64,000 nt of DNA from Narcine bancroftii (Eukaryota). Position numbers and translations under genes: made by a program. The notes under the pieces were generated by a model. The model was not told the origin of the DNA. It searched no databases and saw only the letters and a program-made list of their open reading frames with translations. Where the stretch lies: NCBI RefSeq assembly GCF_036971445.1, contig NC_091470.1:182032001-182096000 (forward strand), given 5' to 3'. Shown here one piece after another: positions 51,560 through 62,700 of the stretch. Numbering within the stretch: the stretch's first letter is position 1; every line of letters begins with the position of its first letter.

Positions 51560-54500
51560 TCACCCTAGCTCCCCATCCTCTGTCCCCACCAGCCTGCCCC
51601 GCACGGCGATGGCTGCATCGGCCGCCAGCAGGCACCTCAGGCACTGCAGGGTGGAGGCCACCAGTAGGCACTTGTGGGCCACCACCTCCAGTGGACCCTG
51701 CCCCTCTGGCACTAGCCGCCCCTCCCGCAGCCGACGGCTGAAGTTGGCATGGGCTCGCAGGAACTCCCGGCCACGGCTGACACCATGGTGGAGGTGCCGT
51801 GGGAGGGTGAACAAGGCCTGCGCTAGCAGCCGGTGGGCCATGCCCACCTCGGGACCCTGCCACTTGGTTCCACTGTGCAGGAGGAGGTGGTGCAGCAGGA
51901 ATTCGAAGGTCCCCCCTGGGGGTAGCACGCTCCCATCCGGCAGCTCCACCTCGTCCTGAGGGGGCAGGTGGGAAGGCATGGAGGTGAAGGTGCGAAGGAG
52001 CAACCCGGGGGCCTGGCTTACCCTGCCACTGCGGCCATTCGTGCCCTCAGTTTGACCGCTGGCTATCCCTGGGTCCTTTTCACTCTGATCATCCTTTCCA
52101 CCAGGTGGGTTTTCTGGGTCAGATCCCTTCCATCCCATCCTTGCCACTCCAGCTCCAGACCCCTCTGTCCCTGGCTCCCCAGATCCGGGCACCACTCTTC
52201 CTGGGTCCCACGGACCCTCCCATCTCATTCCCTCACTCCCTGGTCCATACCTTCTTGGGATCCCTGGGCCCTCCCGACTTGGTCCGTCTCTCCCTGGGTC
52301 CCCCAGTCCGTCATTCCTTGGGTCCCCTCGTCCATCCCTTGCCAGGTCCCCATTGTTGGGTAGCAGGAGCCCCAGCAGCTGGTAGGCGCCAGCAATGGCC
52401 TTGCGATGCTGCTGGGCCAGGCCGGAAACCGGGGCGCAGAGCACGAGGCAGTGAGGCCGTAGGCCACGGCAGGTGGGCAGACCCAGCAGCAGGTGGGGGC
52501 CGGCTCCCAGGCCCAGTGGTCTGACGAAGCACACTGGCACAGCATGTCCTGGCCCAGCCTCCTCCAGACAGCCGACAGGCCCAGCGCCACTCAGCTGACT
52601 CACCAAGGCCAGCTGGTCCTCGGGCAGGCCGTGCACCACAGCCAGGCCGTGATGAGAGGCTGCCTCCAGGGCACCATCTGGCTGCCGTGGCCCCGACAGG
52701 AGCAGGCCCACTCCCAGGCTCTGCAGGCAGGACAAAGCCAGGTGGAGGCGGTTGAAGGCCTGGGTTCTTGCCTCGGCCAGCGAGGTAGCTGAGTGCGGGT
52801 GGAAGGTGCGGCCAGGCCCGGTCAGAAGAGGGTGCAGGCTCTCGGTCACCAGCAGGGCCTTGGTGGGACCTGGGAGGCTGGGCCCCACCAGGCCCCGGGG
52901 AAGGACCAGGCCTTCTAGCACCCGGCTGCTGGCCATGGGTAGGCCGCTCACCACGAGGAGCAGGCCGTCAGGGCAGCCGGAGGCCAGGCGCAGGGCAGGG
53001 CCAGTCTCGCTGCCATCTGCCAACCGCCACACCAGCTCGCACGCCAGCTCGCTCAGCGCAGATGCCTGCTCCCCTCCAACCCGGCCCGCCATGTAGGCCG
53101 TGAGGATGCGCTGGGTGGCTGGCCGCTGGAGCCAATGGGGTCCCGGTCCGGGAAGTAGTGCTGAGCCGCAGTGCGGGCCCAGCATCCTCTCCAGCGCCCG
53201 GGGCTCGAGAGCAGACAGGGCCCGGAGCAGGCGTTGCCTCCCGCAGCCCTCAGATTGCGCCGCTCGTAGCAAAGCAGCCAGCAACAGCACAAAGGACTTG
53301 GCTCCATCTCCGGTGTGCTGGCGGTGGGACACGGCACATCGCACCATCACCCTGTGGAGAGAGGGCCAGATGAAGGGTCGGTGTGGGAATATTCAGCCCC
53401 AGACCCATCCCTGCCCGCAGGCTCAAAAACATTCTCCTACACAAAGCCCCAAAAACAACCTGACATACAGCCCCAAACGCATCTCACTTACACACAGACT
53501 GAACATATTTCTCCTACACACATCCCAAACACAAAACTACACAGAGCCCCAAAAACAACCTGCAGCCCCAAAGACATCATCCCAAACACACCTCCCATAA
53601 CGCAGTCTAAACACATAACCCCAAATGTATGCGCGACACACAGCCCAATCCATCCCCATACACAGGCCAATCACATCACCACACACAGGCCAAATACAGC
53701 CCCGGCACTCACCATGAACACCGCTCCTACACACACCCAAAGCACATCAACACTGCATTCACCCAGTTAACACCAGACAAATTTGCACTGCACAAATTTC
53801 CCCAAACACCCAGAAAACATCCCCTCAAATAACATATGTATCTCCCTAAGTACCTCAATACACATTCCCCCGTCCCTCCCAAAACACTCCAAACAACTCC
53901 AAACTACTCCAGACTGACCCAGGAAAGAAGGCACTGACCCTGGACAGGGGGACAGGGAGATACTGACCGGGGACAGGGGGACAGGGACCCCGGGCTGACA
54001 GGGCGACACGGACCCCGGGCTGACAGGGCGACACGGACCCCGGGCTGACCGGGGACAGGGCGACACGGACCCCGGGCTGACCGGGGACAGGGCGACACGG
54101 ACCCCGGGCTGACCGGGGACAGGGCGACACGGACCCCGGGCTGACCGGGGACAGGGCGACACGGACCCCGGGCTGACCGGGGACAGGGCGACACGGACCC
54201 CGGGCTGACCGGGGACAGGGCGACACGGACCCCGGGCTGACCGGGGACAGGGCGACACGGACCCCGGGCTGACCGGGGACAGGGCGACACGGACCCCGGG
54301 CTGACCGGGGACAGGGCGACACGGACCCCGGGCTGACCGGGGACAGGGCGACACGGACCCCGGGCTGACCGGGGACAGGGCGACACGGACCCCGGGCTGA
54401 CCGGGGACAGGGCGACACGGACCCCGGGCTGACCGGGGACAGGGCGACACGGACCCCGGGCTGACCGGGGACAGGGCGACACGGACCCCGGGCTGACCGG

Positions 54501-56342
54501 GGACAGGGCGACACGGACCCCGGGCTGACCGGGGACAGTGCGACACGGACCCCGGGCTGACCGGGGACAGGGCGACACGGACCCCGGGCTGACCGGGGAC
54601 AGGGCGACACGGACCCCGGGCTGACCGGGGACAGGGCGACACGGACCCCGGGCTGACCGGGGACAGGGCGACACGGACCCCGGGCTGACCGGGGACAGGG
54701 CGACACGGACCCCGGGCTGACCGGGGACAGGGCGACACGGACCCCGGGCTGACCGGGGACAGGGCGACACGGACCCCGGGCTGACCGGGGACAGGGCGAC
54801 ACGGACCCCGGGCTGAGCGGGGACAGGGCGACACGGACCCCGGGCTGAGCGGGGACAGGGCGACACGGACCCCGGGCTGAGCGGGGACAGGGCGACACGG
54901 ACCCCGGGCTGAGCGGGGACAGGGCGACACGGACCCCGGGCTGAGCGGGGACAGGGCGACACGGACCCCGGGCTGAGCGGGGACAGGGCGACACGGACCC
55001 CGGGCTGAGCGGGGACAGGGCGACACGGACCCCGGGCTGACCGGGGACAGGGCGACACGGACCCCGGGCTGAGCGGGGACAGGGCGACACGGACCCCGGG
55101 CTGAGCGGGGACAGGGCGACACGGACCCCGGGCTGACCGGGGACAGGGCGACACGGACCCCGGGCTGACCGGGGACAGGGCGACACGGACCCCGGGCTGA
55201 CCGGGGACAGGGCGACACGGACCCCGGGCTGACCGGGGACAGGGCGACACGGACCCCGGGCTGACCGGTGACAGGGCGACACGGACCCCGGGCTGACCGG
55301 GGACAGGGCGACACGGACCCCGGGCTGACCGGGGACAGGGCGACTCGGACCCCGGGCTGACCGGGGACAGGGCGACACGCTCCCCGGGCTGACCGGGGAC
55401 AGGGCGACACGGACCCCGGGCTGACCGGGGACAGGGCGACACGGACCCCGGGCTGACCGGGGACAGGGCGACACGGACCCCGGGCTGACCGGGGACAGGG
55501 CGACACGGACCCCGGGCTGACCGGGGACAGGGCGACACGGACCCCGGGCTGACCGGGGACAGGGCGACACGGACCCCGGGCTGACCGGGGACAGGGCGAC
55601 ACGGACCCCGGGCTGACCGGGGACAGGGCGACACGGACCCCGGGCTGACCGGGGACAGGGCGACACGGACCCCGGGCTGACCGGGGACAGGGCGACACGG
55701 ACCCCGGGCTGACCGGGGACAGGGCGACACGGACCCCGGGCTGACCGGGGACAGGGCGACACGGACCCCGGGCTGACCGGGGACAGGGCGACACGGACCC
55801 CGGGCTGACCGGGGACAGGGCGACACGGACCCCGGGCTGACCGGGGACAGGGCGACACGGACCCCGGGCTGACCGGGGACAGGGCGACACGGACCCCGGG
55901 CTGACCGGGGACAGGGCGACACGGACCCCGGGCTGACCGGGGACAGGGCGACACGGACCCCGGGCTGACCGGGGACAGGGCGACACGGACCCCGGGCTGA
56001 CCGGGGACAGGGCGACACGGACCCCGGGCTGAGCGGGGACAGGGCGACACGGACCCCGGGCTGAGCGGGGACAGGGCGACACGGACCCCGGGCTGACCGG
56101 GGACAGGGCGACACTGACTCAGGGTAGGGCAAGGATTGACCCCAGACTGACCTGGCTATAGGGTGATCCAACAGGAGGGCCTCCAGGATGCAGCTCCCGT
56201 CCCTGGTGAGGAGGAGTTCACCAGTGGCTTTGGTGAATAGCACCTGACCTCCAAGGGGCCCATAGCACCGTGCCACCACGCTCTCCAGGCTCTCAGCCAC
56301 ATGCACCAGTTCTCCAATGTCCAGAACAGGCCGACCTCCCAT
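51560..56342 (-). CDS. BBS10: Bardet-Biedl syndrome 10 chaperonin-like protein, about 660 aa; exons 56152-56342 and 51560-53351
   Basis: Exon 1 ESLESVVARCYGPLGGQVLFTKATGELLLTRDGSCILEALLLDHPIAR with a phase-2 intron; exon 2 VMVRCAVSHRQHTGDGAKSF..GLPMASSRVLEGLVL..PHCLVLCAPVSGL..GSVLPPGGTFEFLLHH..LEVVAHKCLLV. This is the two-exon layout typical of BBS10. Confidence 0.93.
53963..56113. repeat. GC-rich 32-bp minisatellite, about 65 copies, unit GGGCGACACGGACCCCGGGCTGACCGGGGACA
   Basis: Directly visible, near-perfect tandem array inside the BBS10 intron, with no spacers. Confidence 0.98.
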
Positions 56343-56449
56343 TGCTGCACAACACACCAAAAAGCGAGAGTGTAAACTGGATGAAAACTCCCCCCAGACA
56401 CCTGGCAGCAACGCAGCGTGGTGTTCTGTTGGTTCCAGTCTTGTTTGAC

Positions 56450-56785
56450 ATGGAAGGACTGAGTGAAGCTCCCACCATACCATCCCATCACATACTCCTG
56501 GGGTCAGACACAGAGTGAAGCTCCCTCCACACTGTTCCATCACACACTCCTGGGGTCAAACATAGAGTGAAGCTCCCTCTACACCATCCCATCATACACT
56601 CCCGGGGTCAGACACAGAGTGAAGCTCCCTCCACATTGTCCCATCACACATTCCCAGGGTCAGACACAATGAAGCTCCCTCCACACCGGCCCATCACACA
56701 CTACCGGGGTCAGACAAAGTGAAGCTCCCTCCACACCATCCCATGGCACTCTCAAAGTCAGAAACAGAAGAAAGCTCTTCCACAC
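56450..56785. repeat. Degenerate tandem repeat of about 55-60 bp (CACACTCCCGGGGTCAGACACAGAGTGAAGCTCCCTCCACACC..)
   Basis: About 6 imperfect copies visible upstream of the BBS10 ATG. Confidence 0.85.
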
Positions 56786-57199
56786 TGGAGCAGTCATTTA
56801 AAACTGACGTGCATAAATTTCTGGAAGTGTTTGCCTTCCATATTGGTAGGTGAACCATTGGATGTATTTAAGGAGGAGATGGGTGAATTAAAAACAAATC
56901 ATGAAACTGAAGGTTCCTGGATTGGCATGGTGATGTTGAATAGGGTGCAGGCAATCTTCTGTTCCGATTTTCCTGTGTTCTGGAGTCCAGTAAGATCCTG
57001 AATGCCAGTCCATGGCCTGTCAGAACCCACCTCACAACAAAATCTATTCCATTCCACCCCAATACAGCCAAATCCAAATGCTCTCCTGAGCTCTGTCCTG
57101 GTGCCAACAGAACACCAACCTCCAAATAACGGACCCATGAGACCCTCCCAACGTTGGAAACTCTAACCATGAACCTCATCTGAACTCTGATCTTGATAC

Positions 57200-57560
57200 C
57201 CAATTTCAAACTTTACCACAAACCGTGACACCAACTGAACCCCAAACCCTGACACCAACTTAACCCTGACACAAATACACCTACACCAACTGAACCCTAA
57301 CCTCTGACCCCAATACCCCATACACTGACAACCCCGACATCAACACCCCAACACTGACTGAACCCTGATCTCTGGCCCCAATGTTCCCACACTGACTGAA
57401 CCCTGACCTCTGGCCCAATACTCCCACACCGAATGAACTCTGGCCCAAATACCCCCACACCGACTGAACCCTGACCTATGACCCCAATACCCCCACACCA
57501 ACTGAACCCTGACCTCCGGCCCCAGTACCCCCATACCGACTGAACCCCAAACCCTCACCT
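57200..57560. repeat. Degenerate ACTGAACCCTGACC-containing tandem repeat
   Basis: Repeated motif with a period of roughly 40 bp. Confidence 0.7.
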
Positions 57561-57639
57561 CATCCCTGAATTCTGCCCCGTGAATAGGACAGACGTCAGC
57601 AAGGCTCCTGACCCTGAATTCCTCGCTGTACCTCCACCC

Positions 57640-58480
57640 ACCTCCGGTTCCACGTCCCACCTGTGGCGGCCGGCTGCTCCCCGACCATCCGCTGCTGTTC
57701 CCCCAGGTGATGCAACGCCCCCACGTGATGGGCTTCCTTCATGTCACGCTCGTGACGTTACAACGTCAGCCATGTTGGTAAAGGGAGCGGCGCTGGCGGC
57801 CCCGTGACCACGTAGTTTCGCTGAGCGCGACCCGTCTGCCGCCAATCGTCGCCGAGGTCTGTCCCCGTCCAATGGATTTCGTCTCTCACGTCGGACCCGC
57901 CCACAGCGCGTTTCCCCGCCCCCGTCGCGAACGACCACACCTATTCCACTCGCTCCGCCCACTCGCACGGTCCCGCCCATTTGATCGCCCCGCCCACACT
58001 CCTTGCTTCGCCCACCGACTTGCTCCGCCCTCCCTCTGGGCGCCATTCGCACTGCTCAACCGGCTTCTTTCCGCCCCCGCCCGTCCCTACCTCTCCTGAT
58101 AGGTCCACGTGCCTGCCAGTCATCTCGCCCCGCTCATCGGCCCTGCCTCCGCCCACTTGCCGACCTGCTGGCCCTCCGGGCAGCCAATTAGGTTGCGCGG
58201 CCGAGCGCCGAGGCTCACGGTCCTCTGCGGGGCTGGGGAGATCGGGCTGAACGCGGCCTAGCTCCGGTGGTGTGAGAGCACTGCTGACGGGGCACCGAGG
58301 CTTAGCCGGGGCTTGCAGGCTGTCAAAGGGAGATTGGCCGACTGACGCCCCGGGCGCAGCGACTGGTCCCAGAGGTTCGCGTCCGCAGGCCCCAGGCAGA
58401 GGGACGGTTGCTCTGCGATTGACCCGGCCTGGGAGGATCGGGAGTGGAGTCGGTGTCCGTGGCGAGAGAACTTGGGTGAG
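57640..58480. promoter_or_regulatory. CpG-island promoter between divergent BBS10 and RXRB
   Basis: High CpG; several CCAAT/ATTGG boxes, many CCGCCC GC boxes, CACGTG and TGACGT elements. Candidate donors on both strands (about 57557 on -, about 58476 on +). Confidence 0.7.
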
Positions 58481-58880
58481 GGGTGTTAGTGAGACCGTCC
58501 TCGGGGAAAGGAGTGGGGGGGGGGGGGTAATCCCCGGGGAAGGGAATCCCGAGAGAGGTGAGGACGGAAAAGGGGAAAGGCAGGGGAGGGTGCCCTGAGG
58601 AGACAGGGGTGTTGGGAGGGTCTCCGGGGGAGAGGAGGGTCGTGGGGAGGGTGTCAGGGGAGAGGAGGGTCGTGGGGAGGGTATCAGGGGAGAGGAAGGG
58701 CTGAGCAGGGACTCCGGGGGAGAGGAGGGGCTGGGCAGGGACTCCGGGGGAGAGGAGGGGCTGGGCAGGGTGTCCAGGAGAGAGGAGGGTGAGGTGAGTG
58801 TGAGACCTGAGTCAAGAAGTGGCAGAGCAGGGTGACCTGGGGAGAGGACGGGGATACCTGGGTCGAGTAGGGGCAGTGGA

Positions 58881-59097
58881 GGGTGAGTCCTGGGTCGAGA
58901 AGGGACAGGGGAGGGCGAGTCCTGGGTCGAGAAGGGACAGGGGAGGGCGAGCCCTGGGTCGAGAAGGGGCAGGGGAGGGCGAGCCCTGGGTCGAGAAGGG
59001 GCAGGGGAGGGCGAGTCCTGGGTCGAGAAGGGGCAGGGGAGGGCGAGTCCTGGGTCGAGAAGGGACAGGGGAGGGCGAGCCCTGGGTCGAGAAGGGA
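58881..59097. repeat. Purine-rich 32-bp minisatellite, about 6-7 copies (GAGGGCGAGTCCTGGGTCGAGAAGGGACAGGG)
   Basis: Directly visible. Preceded by shorter GGGGAGAGGAGGG repeats from about 58620. Confidence 0.9.
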
Positions 59098-59730
59098 AGG
59101 AGGCTGAGCAGGGAGAGTTGGGAAGTTGAGGGTAGGATAAGGGAGGGGTGATGAGAGCTGGAGAGAGAGGGAAAAGGAGTGACTGAACTGTGGAGTTAGA
59201 AGGGGATTGGAAGACTGCACCCCAGGGGAATTTTTGTTGAAAAGAATTACATGGAAGTAGATTGATGTGAAGTTGTGTGATTGAAACTAACTCCAGGAGG
59301 TGGGTGTCGAGAGACCGCAGAAGTGATTTATACGTAGTAGGTGGGGAGGGGCAGATTATTGATTGCTGCACATTTGCAAGAGAGGGCTGACCGGGCCAGA
59401 TCCTAAGTGAGCAAGAGGCTTGCTTTAGCGCCTTTGGGAGCAGGGGAGGTCTGATGGGCATGGAATAGGGAAAGACTAACCTCATTCTTAAGACCCACGG
59501 GGTTTCTGCAGGGGAGGGTGCGTGAGGAAAGTTCGGTGGCTTGGAATGAAGACGTGAAGCATGACTTGATTGGGAAGGGCCAGTCTCAAAGTCGCAGTGA
59601 AATTCGGAGCACGAGGTAGCCTCCTGGTGGCAGGAGGCTTGTGACTAAGCAGTTGTTTTCGAAGTCCCACGGCTGGCCGGGTGCTCCTGCCAGTGACCTC
59701 TCTGCAGCTTCGGAACCGGGCGAGGGCGGA

Positions 59731-62700
59731 ATGTGTGAGAGTAACCGAGGTAAGAGCAAAGAGCGTCCCAGATCAGAGTGCGGGTTCTTGACGGGTCTTC
59801 CTCCTGGGAGCTGGAGGGTCCCAGATGTGTCACCCCAAGGTGAGTGATGCGACAGGTATATGCCAGAGGCAAGCTAAGTGAATGCTCCAGTGCTGTACTG
59901 TGGGAACGTATGTAGCTGGTGGGGTTGAATACACCGACTTGGATGGATATAGATGTTCCTATAGCTGGTGAAATCATTCTTTGTTCCCTGCCTTGAGAAC
60001 TGCGGCATTTTGAAATTACATCTGGTATAGAAATACCCCGACAGCTTCGGAACAGAATATAGAGGGCCTTCAATCTGACTGATTTTCAGTCGACTTAGGC
60101 CATAAGACACAGGAGCGGAAATAGGCTATTTGGCCCATCGAATCTGCCCCACCATTCCACCCTGAGCTGATCCATTTTCCCACTCAGATCCTTCTGTTCT
60201 TCGCCCCTGATCATTTAGGCGCGTGTCCTACCTTGGTTTGTCCTTCCAAAATGCAGCACCTCACCCTTGCTTGCATTAAATTCCATCTGCCATTTTTTCA
60301 CCTGGTCCTGATTTCTCTGCAAGCCTTGAAAACCCTTCACCGCCTCCAATCTTTGTCATCTGCAAACTCGCTGATCCCATTCCCCCCATGTTATCATCCG
60401 GATCACTGAAACATTTGAAGTGAGAATGTTCACTATTTCCCTCTCCACAGATGCTGTCGGACGGCTTGAGATTCCCCTGCATTTTCTGTCTTTATTTCAT
60501 GCAGTAGACTAGTTGAGCAATAGATCCAGAATCTGAATTTATTGTCAGGAAATTCATTGTTTTGCAGCAGTACTGGTGGTGAGGAGGTGCTTCCAGCATG
60601 GACCTCGGGGGGGGGAAAAATTGACGTCAATCTTTTTTATCGGCGAATTTAAGGTCTCAAAAGTATATCTGTTAACCTCCTTTTTGAGGAATTTTTCAGG
60701 GTTTCACGACTCGACTTGTATGCCAAAATATATGATATTTGCTCTGGAACTCTCCAAACGGATGGCATTAACATCAACTTCTCCAGTTTCCCTGAACCCC
60801 CCCCGCCCCGCCCCCCCCCCGACTCTCTCTCTTTCCCAGTCTCTCTGTCTTCCCTTCCCTCTCCATTCAGAGAATTCGCACCCCCTCCCCATCACCCCAG
60901 TTTTTTTCTCTTCTCGGTCTATGCCCTCTTACCCCCCCCCCCCCCCCCACCGCACCCTTTTTACTCCTAACTTGATGAAAGGCTCTGGCTTGAAACGATG
61001 GTTAAGCTCTTATTTCCCATAGATGTTGCGTGACCCGCTGAGTTTCTCTGGCGCGCACGCGCTGCAGGGTGAACGTACAGAGGTTGAGAGGGGATCAGAG
61101 GAAGAACAGAGGCATCTCGACTTCCTCAGGACTTGGCGGAGGTGTGGGACGTCATCAGAAACCTCTGCAGAGGAGAGTGTGCTGGCCGGCTGCCTCACGG
61201 CCTGGTACGAGGTGGGGCGGGAAGCACCAATATCTCCAAGCATAAGGCAGTAGATGCAGCCCAGGACGTCATGGGCAAAACTCTCCCCACCATCGAGAAC
61301 ATCTACAGGGAACGCTGCCGTCGGAGGGTAGCAGCCATCATTAAGGATCCACGCCACCTCTGTTCTCTGTTCTCGTTGCTGTCATCAGGAAAGAGGTGTA
61401 GGTGCCACAAGACTCACGCCAGGTTGAAGAACAGGTGCTACCCCTCCACCATCAGACTCCTCAATGACAAACTCAATTAGAGACCCATTCAAGGACTCTG
61501 ACTTTGCTCACAATTTATTACTGGATTTAAAAAATTCTGTGTTTGTTCAGTTTTACAGTTTATAGTTACCAGTAATTAGAAATTCTGCCTGGTCCGCGGA
61601 TAAAAGAATCTCAGGGTTACATGTGATGTAGTTGAATATACATAGATGTCAATGCTCAGGACAATAAAATAAACTCTCCACAGGGTTGTTAACTCGGCCT
61701 GTGACGTCACAGGCACCAGACTTTACTCCATCGAGGACGTTGGCATGAGGCAGTGCCCCTGTCCTCAAAGACCCCCACCATCCCTCTTCACTCTGCAAGC
61801 CTAAAGACGAGCCCTCAGAGGCACAAGAACAGCTTCTTCCCCTCCGCCATCAGATTCCTGAATAATCAATGAACCAAAGACACTGCCTTGCGTTGACTTT
61901 TCATGCATTATTTTTATTTACTGTTATTAGGTGGTTTATATAAATGTCTTCACTGTGATGTTGCTGCAAAACAATGAATTTCGTGACTTGTTCATGACAA
62001 TAAATTCTGTTTCCAAATTTGAACTTTGCATTTTTCCTCTTCGTGGGGGGGGGGTTAGAGTTGGACAGAGATTCATTCAAGGCCATGAACTATGTGCTGG
62101 TGATAGGTAGATAGGGGGAATGGTGCACTAAAGGGTCTGTACCTGAACGTGGATCCCTGTTCTCCACAGATTCCAGGAGCCCTGACAGCTCTTCCATGAA
62201 TTCTCCGCAGCACCTCCGGTCGGCGAACAGCTCCCCACCCCTGCGCTGCTCTGTGGTTGGGCTGGGCATCTCGTCTTCCGTCAGCTCTCCGGCCAGCAGC
62301 ATCGGGTCGCCCTTCTCCGTCATCAGCTCCTCCATGGGCTCCCCCACGCTCCCGTCTGCCCATGGCCTGGGCTACGGCTCCGTTAGCAGCCCTCAGGTGA
62401 GTGGCGTTCTATGTCCTGCCCTGGGGAGCCAGTCAAATGGGCTGGCATCGCATGGTTCCTGGAGCTGCGAGGTTGAGGCTGATGTGGGTCAGCATGGCCC
62501 CATGGGCCGAAGGGCCCGCACTGACCATTCTGTGAACTGCTAGAGGAACTCAGCCAGGCAGGGGAACTGAGAAAGGATGGGTGGTGTTGAAGAGGGGGGC
62601 AGAGACCATTTGGTGTGTCGGGTGAAGGACAGGCACAGAAAAGGGTCCTGACCATCTCCATGGCTGAGTCCTCCAGCTTTTCTTCATTCACTGGATTCCA

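Noticed and set aside
53963-56113. CRISPR-like repeat length (32 bp; also 28 bp at 63185-63468)
   Set aside because: Units are directly adjacent with no unique spacers, there are no cas genes, and the context is vertebrate.
53767-56543. Three 730-880 aa ORFs with repeating SPCPRSARGPCRPVPGQPGVRVAL
   Set aside because: Artefact of a stop-free 32-bp repeat open in all three frames. Only 56152-56342 (BBS10 exon 1) is real coding sequence.
57941-59485. 514-aa Pro/Ser-rich ORF on the - strand
   Set aside because: Runs through a GC-rich promoter and purine-rich tandem repeats antisense to RXRB; no domain recognisable.
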